A stretch of DNA of 64,000 nucleotides, from positions 91,856-155,855 of the forward strand of contig JBIPSI010000011.1 in the NCBI GenBank assembly GCA_044070495.1. Direction: 5' to 3'. Position 1 is the first letter of the stretch; the number at the start of each line of letters is the position of its first letter. The stretch is from Spirulina sp. GTDB lineage: Bacteria > Cyanobacteriota > Cyanobacteriia > Phormidesmidales > Phormidesmidaceae. Below the pieces are notes generated by a model. The model had not been told where the DNA came from, did not search any database, and saw only the letters and a program-made list of their open reading frames with translations. The translations under genes and the position numbers were made by a program. Positions 18,399 through 29,856 of this stretch are shown here, piece by piece.

Positions 18399-20561
18399 CT
18401 AGGCCAGCGTTCGGCGGTTCGCTCGTTCCATCAGCATGGCCTGGGAACTGCGGGTTTCCTCTGGGCTGGGGGGCTGGCGCTGGGTATAGGTGCCGTCGGG
18501 GTGCATATCCCAGGCTTGGCGGTTGTCCTGAAGCATGACCTTCAAAATGAACCGCAGTTCGGCCCGGATGGCTGGATCGGTAATGGGAACAACCACCTCA
18601 ACCCGGCGATCCAGGTTGCGGGGTGTCCAGTCGGCACTGCCCAGCAGGAAACTTTCCTCGCCACCGCCATGGAAGTAGAAAATCCGCGAATGCTCTAAAA
18701 ATTGGCCAATAATGCTCATGACGCGGATGTTGTCGCTGATACCCGGTAGCCCAGGGCGCAGACAGCAGATCCCGCGAATAATCAGATCGATGGTGACTCC
18801 CGCCTGGGAGGCTTGGTACAGCAAATAAATGAGTTCTGGATCCACCAAAGCATTCATTTTGATGATGATGTGACCTTTTCGGCCCTGCTGTACCTGCTGG
18901 ATTTCGTCATGAATCAGAGCCACAAATCGCTGGCGTAGGGTGAGGGGAGCCACGAAGAGTTGACGGTACTGGTGTTGGCGAGAATAGCCCGTTAGGTAAT
19001 TAAAGAGATCGGAAATATCGGCCCCTAGGTCGGCCTGGGCACTCAGGAGGCCGAGGTCGGTATAAAAGCGGGCGGTTTTGGGATTGTAGTTGCCGGTACT
19101 GAGGTGACAATAGCGCCGGAGATGATCCCCTTCCCGACGTACCACGAGCGTCGTTTTGGTGTGGGTTTTTAGCCCCATCAAACCGTAAACGACATGAACA
19201 CCGGATCGTTCTAGCTTTTTCGCCCAGTTAATGTTGTTTTCTTCGTCAAACCGGGCCTTAAGCTCGACTAAGACGGTCACCTGCTTGCCGTTAGCCGCCG
19301 CCGCAATCAGGGCATTCACAATCGGAGAATCCCCGGAGGTGCGATACAGGGTCATCTTGATCGCCAACACCTGGGGATCGTGGGCCGCCTGGGAGATAAA
19401 CCGCTGTACCGTGGCCGAAAAGGCATGGTACGGGTGATGAAACAGTTGATCCTGACGGCGCACTAGGGCAAAGAGATCCGCCGTGTCCTCTCGATCACCC
19501 TCTGCCTCCATTACCCGGGGTTGCCCTAGGGCGGCGAAGGCCGGGGGAACGGTAGGCACCCAAACCGGAGCTTTCAGGTCGGGGAGGGGCAAATCCATAA
19601 AGGTCGCGACATCGCCCAGGCCCAGCAGACCATCCACGGCGTAGACATCCACCGCCGTCAGGCCCAGTTCCGCCATCACCATCGCCCGGAGTGCCGGGGG
19701 GGTGCGTCGTTGAATTTCCAGGCGCACCGCCGATCCCCCTAGGCGTCGTTTCCGTAGCTCCTGTTCAATGGCCAGCATCAGGTCGTCGGCCTCGTCCTCC
19801 GCCACCGTCAGGTCAGCGTCGCGGGTGAGGCGAAACAGCGTCTGGGATTGGATGGTCATGCCAGGGAAGAGCGCCCCGATATGGTGGGTCATCACCTGAT
19901 CGAGGGGAATACCGCACCAGTGGCAGGGCTGACGGCGTTTCGACCACAGTTCCTCCGGCAGGGCCATAAACCGGGGCAACACTCGGGGTACCTTCACCCT
20001 GGCGACGTGGGTAACCTGGGTGCGAGGATCCTCCAGCACCACGGCCAAACTGAGGCTGAGATTGGAAATATAGGGGAACGGATGCCCCGGATCCACCGCC
20101 AGTGGAGTGAGGACGGGAAAGAGGTGATCCTCGAAATAGTGGTTGAGATACTGGCGCTGAGCCTGGTTAAGCTGACGATAGTGCAACACATAGATCCCGT
20201 TTTCGGCCATGCGGGATCGGAGGACGCGGTTAAAAAAACGGTGCTGCTGCTGCACCATCGGCCCCAGGGTACGGTGGATCAATTGAAGCTGCTGGCTGGG
20301 GGTGCGGCCATCGGGAGATTTGACCGTCACCTGGGCTTCGATTTGCTGCTTAACTGCCGCCACCCGCACCATGAAGTACTCGTCTAGGTTGCGGCTAAAG
20401 ATGGCCAGCAACTTCAGGGATTCCAGTAATGGCGTTCGTTCGTCTAGGGCTTCGTGGAGAACCCGGCGGTTAAACTCCAGCCAACTGAGTTCGCGGCTGA
20501 GGTAGTAGGCCGGATCGCTCCAGCACTGGGCTGAGAGAGAATGCACTTCGGCGGCAGTCAT
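18399..20561 (-). CDS. ppk1: Polyphosphate kinase 1
   Basis: RELSWLEFN, NLDEYFMVRVA, HHPY, ELKARFDE, LKTHTK, FLEHSRI, RNLDRRVE. Confidence 0.98.
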   Translation of the reverse strand: MTAAEVHSLSAQCWSDPAYYLSRELSWLEFNRRVLHEALDERTPLLESLKLLAIFSRNLDEYFMVRVAAVKQQIEAQVTVKSPDGRTPSQQLQLIHRTLGPMVQQQHRFFNRVLRSRMAENGIYVLHYRQLNQAQRQYLNHYFEDHLFPVLTPLAVDPGHPFPYISNLSLSLAVVLEDPRTQVTHVARVKVPRVLPRFMALPEELWSKRRQPCHWCGIPLDQVMTHHIGALFPGMTIQSQTLFRLTRDADLTVAEDEADDLMLAIEQELRKRRLGGSAVRLEIQRRTPPALRAMVMAELGLTAVDVYAVDGLLGLGDVATFMDLPLPDLKAPVWVPTVPPAFAALGQPRVMEAEGDREDTADLFALVRRQDQLFHHPYHAFSATVQRFISQAAHDPQVLAIKMTLYRTSGDSPIVNALIAAAANGKQVTVLVELKARFDEENNINWAKKLERSGVHVVYGLMGLKTHTKTTLVVRREGDHLRRYCHLSTGNYNPKTARFYTDLGLLSAQADLGADISDLFNYLTGYSRQHQYRQLFVAPLTLRQRFVALIHDEIQQVQQGRKGHIIIKMNALVDPELIYLLYQASQAGVTIDLIIRGICCLRPGLPGISDNIRVMSIIGQFLEHSRIFYFHGGGEESFLLGSADWTPRNLDRRVEVVVPITDPAIRAELRFILKVMLQDNRQAWDMHPDGTYTQRQPPSPEETRSSQAMLMERANRRTLA

Positions 20562-20656
20562 GGCCCTATGGCACCTCCCGTTGGCTGGTCCAGCGGTCGC
20601 CTAACACAATTACCTTAATCAAGGATTCATTGCAGGTTTACGTTAAGTTAATCATC

Positions 20657-21757
20657 CTACCCTGAATGTCTAGGAGGCGTATAGGCCAGGAACCGTAGGC
20701 AACTGTACAACTGAAAGGCAGCATCCCAGGGAGAGGGCTCACTGCGGTTGAGTTCCAGGTAGGGGGAAATCTCCGGTAGCAGGTCGATGAAATCGAGGGC
20801 GCTCTCGCCAAAACCTTTGAAATCTCGATAGAGCGAGGGTACAATCGCCTGCTCAAACAGGGTTTTGAGGGCTTTCCAGGCCGTGGCTGCAATTAAGGGG
20901 CCATCCACCGGGGGTTCCCACAAACCGGGCACCGGGGCCGACTCTCGATAGCGGTAGGTACGATCACAAAACCGCAACACACAGCCCCGACCGTGGAGAT
21001 GCCAGTCCAGCACCTCTGTATAGTCCTGGGTCGTTTCCTTCCGTTGCAGCTTGCCCCAGGGGCCAAGGTCTACCACCGACTCATAAATGGGCAGCAAACC
21101 CAGCACCCACTGGCTAATCTCCGACCATTGCAGTTGCAGGGTACCCTTCTGGCCGCTGGCATTCTGGCACAGTACGGTAATCTGCGGGGCAAAACTTTGG
21201 ATCGTGTGTACCCGAAATACGGGCAGCGCCTTGATGTCTTCCATGGACGACCAAAAGCAAGGCACCCGTTGCTGACGCAGTTGTTCGCCCACGTAGCGCA
21301 GTTCCCCCATGGCCCCCGTGCGGTGCAGCCGCCAATACTGACTAGGCAAGCGAGTGCGGGCCGTGTAGGGATCAATCTGCATCACCTTGGCTAAGCCCTG
21401 GGCCGCTTCCTGTCGCTGATCGCCCACCACGGGCTGAAGCACCAATACGCCTGCCACCTCCGATCCTGGCTGGGCCTTAGCGGCGTTGAGATCGTGCTCT
21501 CGCTGACGAGCCAGGTGATCCCGTACCCGCTTAATGCCCTCCCTCGCCTGACTCAGCACCTTGGTATTGGCCGTCGTTTGCAGCAGTTTCGTATAGGTTG
21601 TTTGCGCCCTTTCTAGCTCACCTTTCGCCTCCCAATACTGCCCCATGGCTAAGGCTAACCAGGGATCCTTAGGCTTTTCCTGCTGCCACTGCTTAATCAG
21701 TTGGGCCGCCTGGGTCAGTTGTTGCGCCTGGAGAGCAGCGGAGACCAGATCGTACAT
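20657..21757 (-). CDS. Cyanobacterial TPR-containing hypothetical protein
   Basis: Long ORF with N-terminal TPR-like helices. Confidence 0.7.
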   Translation of the reverse strand: MYDLVSAALQAQQLTQAAQLIKQWQQEKPKDPWLALAMGQYWEAKGELERAQTTYTKLLQTTANTKVLSQAREGIKRVRDHLARQREHDLNAAKAQPGSEVAGVLVLQPVVGDQRQEAAQGLAKVMQIDPYTARTRLPSQYWRLHRTGAMGELRYVGEQLRQQRVPCFWSSMEDIKALPVFRVHTIQSFAPQITVLCQNASGQKGTLQLQWSEISQWVLGLLPIYESVVDLGPWGKLQRKETTQDYTEVLDWHLHGRGCVLRFCDRTYRYRESAPVPGLWEPPVDGPLIAATAWKALKTLFEQAIVPSLYRDFKGFGESALDFIDLLPEISPYLELNRSEPSPWDAAFQLYSCLRFLAYTPPRHSG

Positions 21758-21789
21758 GGGGATCGTGGGGTAGGTAGGGGGCGGGGTTG

Positions 21790-21813
21790 GGGCGCACTGC
21801 GGTGCGCCCGTAC
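21790..21813. repeat. REP-like hairpin
   Basis: GGGCGCAC-TGCG-GTGCGCCC-GTAC in an intergenic gap. Confidence 0.5.
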
Positions 21814-21833
21814 GGGGGCTTAGGAGGACTGGG

Positions 21834-23177
21834 CTAGAGCAAGCGGAGTTGCTGAGCCTCGTCTAGGGCAGGGGCGTCGTCAGGGCAGAGGGCTAGATCC
21901 GCTAGAAAGTCTCCAGGATCAACGTTATCCCCATCCTGGGCGAGACCATCGTGGGGGAGATCGTCGATCTCTTCCATGAGGGAGGCCGCCGCCGCCAGCA
22001 TAGCGGTCTTCAACTCGGCAACCTCAGGCCGACTGTCTAGGTAGGTGGCCAGGGCTGAGAGGGGATCAAGGGCGCTATCGGTACCCAAATCTAGCAAGCG
22101 GTGGCCGGGAGTTACAGGATTCACTTGGGCCTGCACCGTGTAGGTATGGGCCGCAGAGAGGGCTGTCCCTAGGGCGGTACTGTCGATGTGATCCACCTGG
22201 TCGGGCCGCAGACGATAGAGACAGCGCACTACGGCGTCGGTAATTTCAGCCCTGGCAATGGCCTGAAGTAGGGTATCCTGAGGCGTTTCCGACGCCGTGA
22301 GATCCACCTGAATCGTCCGAAAAGGGCGCACGGGCAAGGGACAAAATTCGGCGGTGGTAGATCCCCGATCCAAACGAACGAGGACATAGCCCTTATCCTC
22401 CGATTCTTCACTAAAGTCCACCCGCTCAATGCTACCGGGATAAATCATGAGGGGCTGATCGCAGAGCACCTGATGGCGGTGGACATGCCCCAGGGCCACA
22501 TAGTCAAAACAGGGCCGCGCCAAAAGGGCCATGGGAATCGTCAGCCCTCGCCCCGCCGATAGAAAGCGCTCTCCCCCATAGGTAGCCGTATCTACCATGG
22601 CATGGGCCAACAGCACGGCGGGCAAGGCCGGATCGAGGCCGCGAATTTCCCCTTCCAGGGCCACCCGTAGCCGATCCAGCAATAGCTCATTCACCTGGGC
22701 CATGGCGAGGCCATCGGTTTCGGGACGAGTCAGCAGGGTTGATCGCGTCAGCCAGGGTAGCGTCACCACCTGCACCGGGCCTTGACGGGTGTCGATGCGG
22801 TGGGTTTCCAAACGATCCCCCACCACCACCTCCGGCACTCCCAGGGTGCGATAGATCGACAGGCTGGCTCCCCCTAATCCCTGGGCATGTTGATCGTGGT
22901 TACCCACCAGCAGCACCGTGGGAATGCCTGCCGCTGACAGCCGACAGAACTGATGGGCCAAGGCTTGCTGCACCAGGGGAGGAGGGGTGGCATCAGGGAA
23001 GGCATCGCCCCCAAACAGCACCAGATCCACGGGCTCTGCCAAAGCTCGGTCAATGCAGCAGGACAGGGCCGCAACAAAGTCTTCTAAGCGGGTGTTGAGC
23101 CCGGTTTCGGGATTGATCCGACCGTGGGACAACCCACTGCCAAGGTGAATATCCGACAGGTGGAGCAGGGTTAGCAT
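21834..23177 (-). CDS. sbcD: Exonuclease SbcCD subunit D
   Basis: HLSDIHLG, FGGDAF, VGNHD, ALGHVH, YPGSIERVDFSEE. Confidence 0.93.
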   Translation of the reverse strand: MLTLLHLSDIHLGSGLSHGRINPETGLNTRLEDFVAALSCCIDRALAEPVDLVLFGGDAFPDATPPPLVQQALAHQFCRLSAAGIPTVLLVGNHDQHAQGLGGASLSIYRTLGVPEVVVGDRLETHRIDTRQGPVQVVTLPWLTRSTLLTRPETDGLAMAQVNELLLDRLRVALEGEIRGLDPALPAVLLAHAMVDTATYGGERFLSAGRGLTIPMALLARPCFDYVALGHVHRHQVLCDQPLMIYPGSIERVDFSEESEDKGYVLVRLDRGSTTAEFCPLPVRPFRTIQVDLTASETPQDTLLQAIARAEITDAVVRCLYRLRPDQVDHIDSTALGTALSAAHTYTVQAQVNPVTPGHRLLDLGTDSALDPLSALATYLDSRPEVAELKTAMLAAAASLMEEIDDLPHDGLAQDGDNVDPGDFLADLALCPDDAPALDEAQQLRLL

Positions 23178-23342
23178 TGTGGCGGCAGGTGCAAAGGCCG
23201 TTTCCCTATGATAAAACCTTCCTCAAGAAACCACGCCTAAGCCGTATTCTGCCGTAACATCGGCCCATGCGTCCTAGGCTACCTTGATCTGCCCTATCGG
23301 CCAGGGAACAGCCGGGGCTGCCTGCCCTTTCTTCCCGTTGCC

Positions 23343-23831
23343 ATGGTTTCCGTTCCGCCACCCTTATCCGACCCCACCTACCTGCGCCACCACCACTGGA
23401 TGCAGGAGGCCTTAGCACAGGCGTTGGCTGCCGGGCAGGCCGGTGATGTGCCGGTAGGGGCTATTGTTGTTGGCCCACAAAACCAACTCCTCGCCGCCGC
23501 CCACAACCGCCGAGAACAGGATCAAGACCCCACGGCCCACGCCGAAATCCTAGCCCTGCGGCAGGCCAGCAGGCAGTTGGGCAACTGGCACCTCAACCAA
23601 TGCACCCTCTACGTCACCCTAGAGCCTTGTCCCATGTGTGCAGGGGCCATCTTGCTAAGCCGCCTCGGCCTCTTAGTTTACGGAGCCGACGATCCTAAGG
23701 GTGGAGCCGTGCGATCCCAGATCAACCTGATCGATGGCCCCTGTTCTAACCACCCTCTGCCTGTGCTGGCGGGCATTCTAGCCGATCCCTGTGAGCAACA
23801 GCTTCGGCAGTGGTTTGTCCAGCGTCGCTAG
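23343..23831 (+). CDS. tadA: tRNA adenosine(34) deaminase
   Basis: DPTAHAE, YVTLEPCPMCAGA. Confidence 0.95.
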   Translation: MVSVPPPLSDPTYLRHHHWMQEALAQALAAGQAGDVPVGAIVVGPQNQLLAAAHNRREQDQDPTAHAEILALRQASRQLGNWHLNQCTLYVTLEPCPMCAGAILLSRLGLLVYGADDPKGGAVRSQINLIDGPCSNHPLPVLAGILADPCEQQLRQWFVQRR

Positions 23832-24012
23832 GAAGGTCAAACTCTACGTTAAGCTCCAGGATCTCTCCTGGAGCCGAATTGCCAAGATCTGCCCCAGATA
23901 TCCGGCCCCAAAACTGTCCTGTTTTTACAAATACTCTGGCACTCACAGCGCTACGGTAAACCTAAGTTGTCAAACCCGAGCCGTTTACCGAGTGGTTGTC
24001 TCCACTGTTCCC

Positions 24013-24771
24013 ATGGTGTTTCCGCATTCCCTCCCGATGGCCTCTTCCAAAACGCCCGAATCGTTATCTTCACCCGATAGTCCCCCGCCTCAATCCCGCT
24101 GTTCGCCGTGGCTGACCCCCGTCGCCTACTGGCTGGGGCAATATTTAGTGCTGCCGAGCTACTTTGGCCCCATCACCATCACGGGCCAATCCCATCTTCC
24201 CCGCCATGGCCCCGTCATTCTGGCCCCCACCCACCGTGCGCGCTGGGATTCCATTGTGCTGCCCCTAGCCGCCGGTCGCCCCGCCACAGGACGGGATCTG
24301 CGATTCATGGTCACCGACGATGAGGTGAAAGGTCTCCAGGGCTGGTTTATCCGCCGCCTGGGTGGCTTTCCGGTGAATGTGCGTCGCCCCACCATCGCCA
24401 GCTTGCGCCACGGTATCGATTTGTTGCTAAACCAGGAAATGCTGGTGATCTATCCCGAAGGGGGCATCCGCCGCGAGGATCACGTTCATCCCCTCAAGCC
24501 GGGCCTCGCTCGCCTAGCCATCCAAGCGGAGGCCGCCCAACTGGGCCTCAACGTTCAGATTATCCCCGTCGATATCCACTACGGCAAAGCCTATCCCCGA
24601 TGGCGCGGCCCTGTACAAGTTCACATCGGCCATCCCCTGGCGGTCAAGGATTATCTCCAAAGCGACATCTCTCCCGAAGCCCTCAAAACCGAAGCCCAAA
24701 GAATTACCGAAGATCTAACCTCACAACTGGTGTCCATGGTGACAGCACGGCAGCATCGTTCAGAAGCCTAG
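24013..24771 (+). CDS. Lysophospholipid acyltransferase family protein (PlsC-like)
   Basis: PTHRARWD (HxxxxD), GGFPV, IYPEGG; start uncertain (24013 or 24037). Confidence 0.9.
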   Translation: MVFPHSLPMASSKTPESLSSPDSPPPQSRCSPWLTPVAYWLGQYLVLPSYFGPITITGQSHLPRHGPVILAPTHRARWDSIVLPLAAGRPATGRDLRFMVTDDEVKGLQGWFIRRLGGFPVNVRRPTIASLRHGIDLLLNQEMLVIYPEGGIRREDHVHPLKPGLARLAIQAEAAQLGLNVQIIPVDIHYGKAYPRWRGPVQVHIGHPLAVKDYLQSDISPEALKTEAQRITEDLTSQLVSMVTARQHRSEA

Positions 24772-24889
24772 GGACTACCCCTCGGTGAGGCGACCCTGCA
24801 ACCTAAACTGGAAGGGCTACAGCCGATCCAACTCACCGGCTCTGCCGCCGCTAGCAAACCCAACGTTTGACGTGATCCTTTCTCCCGCA

Positions 24890-25942
24890 ATGGAACTGTC
24901 TATTCAGCCCTTCACAGTGCACAAACGCGTACCGCTGACGATCAGTCGCGGCACCACCGCCACTTCTACCAATCTTTGGATCAAAATTCGGGCCGACGGC
25001 CTAGAAGGATGGGGCGAGGCCGCTCCATTTTCCATTGGCAGCCACCACCAAACCCTTGCCCAACTCCAGCAAGATATGGCGTGTTTGCAGACGGTGCTGG
25101 CACCCTATCATCCGTGGGATCGTCAAGCCATTGAGGCCGCTATCCAGCCCCTCAATCTTCAGTCCGCCAGTCAAGCTGCCCTGGATATGGCCCTATGGGA
25201 TTGGTGTGGCCAAGCCACCCAACAGCCCCTCTGGAAACTGCTGGGCCTGGATCTCAACGCCATCACCCCCACCTCCGTGACCGTAGGCATCATGGAGCCT
25301 GAGGCCGCCCTTCAGCGAGCCCAAGCCTGGCTCGACCAAACCCAGGCCCAAGCCATCAAAGTCAAGCTGGGCAACCCCAAGGGCATAGCCGCCGATCAGG
25401 CCATGTTCCAGGCCATTTATGATCAGGTACCCGCCCATCTCAGCCTCAGTGTTGATGCCAACGGCGGTTGGAGCCTTGACCAAGCCATCACCATGGCCCA
25501 ATGGCTAGGAGAACGTGGCATCACCCACCTCGAACAACCCCTCCCCGTTCACCTCGACCAGCAGTTGCCGCTCCTGCGACAGCAGTCCCCCGTTCCCATT
25601 TTTGTGGATGAAAGCTGCTTCCAGAGTCATGATATTCCCCGGCTCGTGCCCTTAGTCGATGGCATTAACATTAAACTGATGAAAGCTGGCGGCATCACCG
25701 AAGCCCTACGGATGATCCACACCGCTCGATCCTCTGGCTTAAAGGTCATGTTCGGCTGTTATTCCGACAGCAGCCTAGCCAACGCAGCCATGGCCCAACT
25801 GTCCTCCCTGGCCGATTGCCTCGATCTCGATAGTCACCTCAATCTCCAGGACGATCCCTTCACCGGGCTCATCCTCTCCGACGGACGAATCCTCCCCTCT
25901 GCTAACCCTGGACTTGGACTAGCCTATGTACCTCACCCCTAA
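24890..25942 (+). CDS. Dipeptide epimerase / enolase-superfamily racemase (DgcA-like)
   Basis: IKVKLG, VDANGGW, EQP, VDES, INIKLMKAGG, DLDSHL. Confidence 0.9.
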   Translation: MELSIQPFTVHKRVPLTISRGTTATSTNLWIKIRADGLEGWGEAAPFSIGSHHQTLAQLQQDMACLQTVLAPYHPWDRQAIEAAIQPLNLQSASQAALDMALWDWCGQATQQPLWKLLGLDLNAITPTSVTVGIMEPEAALQRAQAWLDQTQAQAIKVKLGNPKGIAADQAMFQAIYDQVPAHLSLSVDANGGWSLDQAITMAQWLGERGITHLEQPLPVHLDQQLPLLRQQSPVPIFVDESCFQSHDIPRLVPLVDGINIKLMKAGGITEALRMIHTARSSGLKVMFGCYSDSSLANAAMAQLSSLADCLDLDSHLNLQDDPFTGLILSDGRILPSANPGLGLAYVPHP

Positions 25943-26966
25943 AAGCCGCATTGCCCTGCTAATGCACGAAGGTACCCAAAGCACCATGGGAAAAACTGGG
26001 TTATCCATGCTGCGCTACAGCAAGTCGCCCATCGTAGCGGTCATCGACTACCAGTCGGCAGGGCAATCCCTGGCTACGCTAACCGGCATTCAGAGGGACA
26101 TTCCCATTGTGGCATCCGTGTCTGAGGCTCTTACCCACCAACCCAATGTGCTAGCCATTGGCATCGCTCCCTCCGGCGGCAAACTTCCTGACCCCTGGTT
26201 CCAAGAGTTGAAGCAGGCCGTTGCTGCTGGGCTTAGTCTGGTGAATGCCCTCCATACACCTCTAGCTCAGCACCCCGATCTTTTACCCAACCTCGATCCT
26301 GAACAATGGATTTGGGACGTGCGGCAGGAACCGCCAGGACTAACCGTTGGCACCGGAAAGGCAATGCAGCTTCCTTGTAAGCGTATCCTTGCCGTAGGCA
26401 CAGATATGTCCGTTGGCAAAATGTCCACCATCCTAGAACTCAATCGGGCCTGTCAAAATCAAGGGCTCAAGTCTAAGATAATTGCCACGGGTCAGACCAA
26501 CCTCATGCTAGGGGATGATGGCATTCCCCTTGACGCGGTGCGGGTAGACTATGCTTCTGGCGCAGTTGAAATGATGATGATGCGCTACGGCTACGATTAC
26601 GACTACCTCTTGATCGAAGGTCAGGGTTCCCTACTCAACCCAGCTTCCACAGCGACCTTGCCCCTATTAAGAGGATCTCAACCAACCCATCTCGTTCTCT
26701 GTCATCGGGCTGGGCAAACCCAGATTTCCAATTTTCCCCACATCAAGATTCCTCCTCTGCCACAGGTCATCAAACTGTATGAACAGATGGCTACCGCCGG
26801 AGGTGCTTTTACCCAGTCAAAGGTAGTTAGTATCGCGCTCAATACAAGCCACCTACCTGAATCAGACGCCATTGACGCAATTCAAGCCGTAGAGAAAGAC
26901 ACGGAACTACCCTGTACAGATCCAATTCGTTATGGAGCCCGAAAGATCTTAGTGGCTATTGCGTAA
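25926..26966 (+). CDS. DUF1611 domain protein (DgcN-like)
   Basis: VGTDMSVGKM, ATGQT, IEGQGSL, LLRGSQP; overlaps the epimerase gene. Confidence 0.9.
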   Translation: MYLTPKSRIALLMHEGTQSTMGKTGLSMLRYSKSPIVAVIDYQSAGQSLATLTGIQRDIPIVASVSEALTHQPNVLAIGIAPSGGKLPDPWFQELKQAVAAGLSLVNALHTPLAQHPDLLPNLDPEQWIWDVRQEPPGLTVGTGKAMQLPCKRILAVGTDMSVGKMSTILELNRACQNQGLKSKIIATGQTNLMLGDDGIPLDAVRVDYASGAVEMMMMRYGYDYDYLLIEGQGSLLNPASTATLPLLRGSQPTHLVLCHRAGQTQISNFPHIKIPPLPQVIKLYEQMATAGGAFTQSKVVSIALNTSHLPESDAIDAIQAVEKDTELPCTDPIRYGARKILVAIA

Positions 26967-27008
26967 AGAGAAAATCTTACAAGACCGGGGGTAAAGAGTT
27001 CGCTGTTC

Positions 27009-27233
27009 CTACTTTTTCCGGAGGCGATAGGTAATACGACCTTTAGTGAGATCGTAGGGTGTAAGCTCTACCTTCACCCGATCCCCCGGCAGAATCTTGA
27101 TGTAATTGCGGCGAATTTTCCCAGAAATGTGGGCTAGGACATTAAAACCATTATCCAAGTCAACTCGGAACATGGCATTAGGAAGGGACTCGGTTACGGT
27201 TCCTTCCATTTCAATTAGGTCTTGCTTAGACAA
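27009..27233 (-). CDS. infA: Translation initiation factor IF-1
   Basis: [27 protein letters not shown]. Confidence 0.98.
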
Positions 27234-27432
27234 GTTTACTTCTCCTCTTTAGTATACTCACTGAACCCCGGACAATCCCACCAGCACATCCCCATGCCCC
27301 CTATGCTACGCAGTCCAATCATCCTATCAAGGGCTTCTATCAGTGCAATTAACTTAGAACCTGACTTAAGATTAGCAAAGATTCAAGTTCTAGGAGTTCA
27401 TCTCTTCTAAAATCTGAACCCTGAACTCGGCC

Positions 27433-27987
27433 CTAACCGCTAATAACCGCTTGCAGAGAAGCATAGACGGACTCCATGGGCTGATTGCCATCCACAGATA
27501 CCAGTTGCTGTCGGCTACGATAAAAATCAATCAATGGAGCCGTTTGTTGGCGATACACATCTAAGCGATGACGAATTACCGATTCTTCATCATCAGCCCG
27601 GCCTCGCTTCAGCAAACGGGTGACAATCACTTCATCTGCAACGTCTAAATTAACCACAAAGTCAGCGGGCTGTTCAATTTGCTCAAGCAGCTTAATTAAA
27701 AATTCTGCCTGAGAAACATTTCTAGGGAAACCATCCAGTACCCAACCAACCTGGGCGTCCCCCTGGGCCAACCGTTCACGAATGAGATCCAGAATTAACT
27801 CGTCGGGCACCAGTTCACCAGCGCTCATGTAAGCCTCAGCTTTCTTACCGAGATCAGTACCGTCAGCTACCGCTGCGCGCAAAATGTCTCCGGTGGAGAT
27901 ATGAGGGACAGCACAATCAGCGGCTAGCATCTGTGCCTGAGTTCCTTTGCCAGCCCCCGGAGGCCCCAGAAAAATTAGACGAGTCAC
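27433..27987 (-). CDS. adk: Adenylate kinase
   Basis: [23 protein letters not shown]. Confidence 0.98.
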   Translation of the reverse strand: MTRLIFLGPPGAGKGTQAQMLAADCAVPHISTGDILRAAVADGTDLGKKAEAYMSAGELVPDELILDLIRERLAQGDAQVGWVLDGFPRNVSQAEFLIKLLEQIEQPADFVVNLDVADEVIVTRLLKRGRADDEESVIRHRLDVYRQQTAPLIDFYRSRQQLVSVDGNQPMESVYASLQAVISG

Positions 27988-29300
27988 TATTGCTTCACCA
28001 TTCCTTCGTAGCGTTGCGAAATCACGTAGGTTTGAATTTGCTTAGCTGTATCGATAGCCACCCCTACCAAAATCAACAAAGAAGTTGCACCAAAACCTCG
28101 AAAGGTTGGAATACGAGTAAGGCTTTCAACAGCACTAGGAACTACAGCAACTAAGCCTAGGAAGATAGCGCCTAGAAAGGTCAAACGATTCAGAATACGA
28201 CCGATGTATTCCGTAGTGGCTTTCCCAGGCCTAATACCAGGGATGCTAGCTCCCATTTTCTTCAAATTTCTCGACAAATCCTCAGGATTAATGACCAGGG
28301 ATGAATAGAAATAACTGAAAAAAAGAATTAGAAGCAGGTAGACCGCCACGTAGAGGATCGAGGTGGGGTTGAAGTAATTAGTGACAAAACGGCTAAAAGC
28401 TGGATTGGTGACATACTGTGTAACCGAAATAGGCAGCACTAGAACCGCAGACGCAAAGATGATGGGCATAACCCCGCCCTGATTAAGCCTCAAAGGAAGA
28501 TAATTACTCTGCTCCAAATAAAGCTTGCGTCCCACCTGACGCTTCGCAGAAATAATCGGAATCCGGCGTGTCCCTTCCTGGACGAACACAATTCCAACGA
28601 TCATAGCCAGGAAGGTAATCATCAAAATGACAATCCCACCAACAATGCTTCGATCCCCACTTTGAGCCAGTTCCACCGTCTGCCCTAGGGATCGAGGCAA
28701 TGTAGATACAATATTGAGAAAGATCAACAGTGAAGCTCCGTTGCCAATGCCGCGCTCCGTGATCAATTCCCCAGCCCACATCACAAACATAGAGCCTGCT
28801 GTTAAAGCCACAACGGTTTCAACAACAAAGGGAATTCCAGGCTCTTGGGCAAACTGATAAAGCAGAAAAGAGGACAGCAAAGTGCTTTGCAGCACGGCCC
28901 AGCCTAGGGCCACATAGCGGGTAATTTGAGAAATTTTTCGCCGTCCTGCTTCCCCTTCATTTTTTTGTAAATCCTCTAACGCAGGGAGCGCTGCGGTCAG
29001 CAGTTGGATAATGATAGAGGCATTAATGAATGGCAAAATACCGAGGGCAAAAATGCCCAAAGCTGATAGGCCACCACCCACAAAAATATCTAGGAACCCA
29101 ACGAATCCACCAAGGCTGCCCGATTGAATAGAGGCAGCAAAAGCCTGCCGATCAATACCAGGAACCGGGATAAAGATCCCCAATCTAACCAACAGGAGTA
29201 GGCCCAAAGTAACCAGCAAACGACTCCGCAAACCAGCGGCTTGAGCCATCTGCATAAAGGTTTCCTGAGCGCTTGGAGTTTTACCCCGACTGACAACCAT
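27987..29300 (-). CDS. secY: Preprotein translocase SecY
   Basis: [35 protein letters not shown]. Confidence 0.99.
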   Translation of the reverse strand: MVVSRGKTPSAQETFMQMAQAAGLRSRLLVTLGLLLLVRLGIFIPVPGIDRQAFAASIQSGSLGGFVGFLDIFVGGGLSALGIFALGILPFINASIIIQLLTAALPALEDLQKNEGEAGRRKISQITRYVALGWAVLQSTLLSSFLLYQFAQEPGIPFVVETVVALTAGSMFVMWAGELITERGIGNGASLLIFLNIVSTLPRSLGQTVELAQSGDRSIVGGIVILMITFLAMIVGIVFVQEGTRRIPIISAKRQVGRKLYLEQSNYLPLRLNQGGVMPIIFASAVLVLPISVTQYVTNPAFSRFVTNYFNPTSILYVAVYLLLILFFSYFYSSLVINPEDLSRNLKKMGASIPGIRPGKATTEYIGRILNRLTFLGAIFLGLVAVVPSAVESLTRIPTFRGFGATSLLILVGVAIDTAKQIQTYVISQRYEGMVKQ

Positions 29301-29388
29301 GCAATAGCTCCTAGAACCTCAGCGTCTTCATTAAACAAGCAGATGTTGCTACCCTAGCCCTAGTCTAAGGGATCACAGCTACACCTGG

Positions 29389-29835
29389 CTAACCAATGAC
29401 CTCGCAGGTTCCCCCTGCTTCCTCAATCTTGGATTTTGCAGATTGGGTAAAGGCAGCCGCTTTCACGTTCAGCGCAACAGATACATCACCATCCCCTAGT
29501 ACCTTTAACGGACCGTCATTGGTGGTCAGGATACCGACTTCCAGCAGGGACTCAAGACTGACTTCGGTTCCCGCCGATAGATCCGACAAAGACTTTAGGT
29601 TGATGATGGTGTACTGCTTCTGATTGACAATCGGGAAATGCTTCAGCTTGGGAATCCGGCGGTACAGAGGCATTTGGCCACCCTCAAATCCAGGTCGGGT
29701 GCCGCTACCAGAACGAGACTTTTGGCCCCGCATACCGAAGCCGCAGCTTGCCCCCTGTCCGGCGGAAATTCCCCGACCCACACGGCGACGACGACGTTTG
29801 GATCCAGCTTGGGGTTGTGCGTCATTAAGTCTCAT
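29389..29835 (-). CDS. rplO: 50S ribosomal protein L15
   Basis: [17 protein letters not shown]. Confidence 0.98.
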   Translation of the reverse strand: MRLNDAQPQAGSKRRRRRVGRGISAGQGASCGFGMRGQKSRSGSGTRPGFEGGQMPLYRRIPKLKHFPIVNQKQYTIINLKSLSDLSAGTEVSLESLLEVGILTTNDGPLKVLGDGDVSVALNVKAAAFTQSAKSKIEEAGGTCEVIG

Positions 29836-29856
29836 AGCCTTACAAAGGTAAAACGT

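Noticed and set aside
17708..18538. 276-aa alternative-frame ORF over the CPBP gene, and similar overlapping ORFs elsewhere
   Set aside because: Low-complexity Gly/Ala/Pro/Arg translation typical of non-coding frames in GC-rich genes
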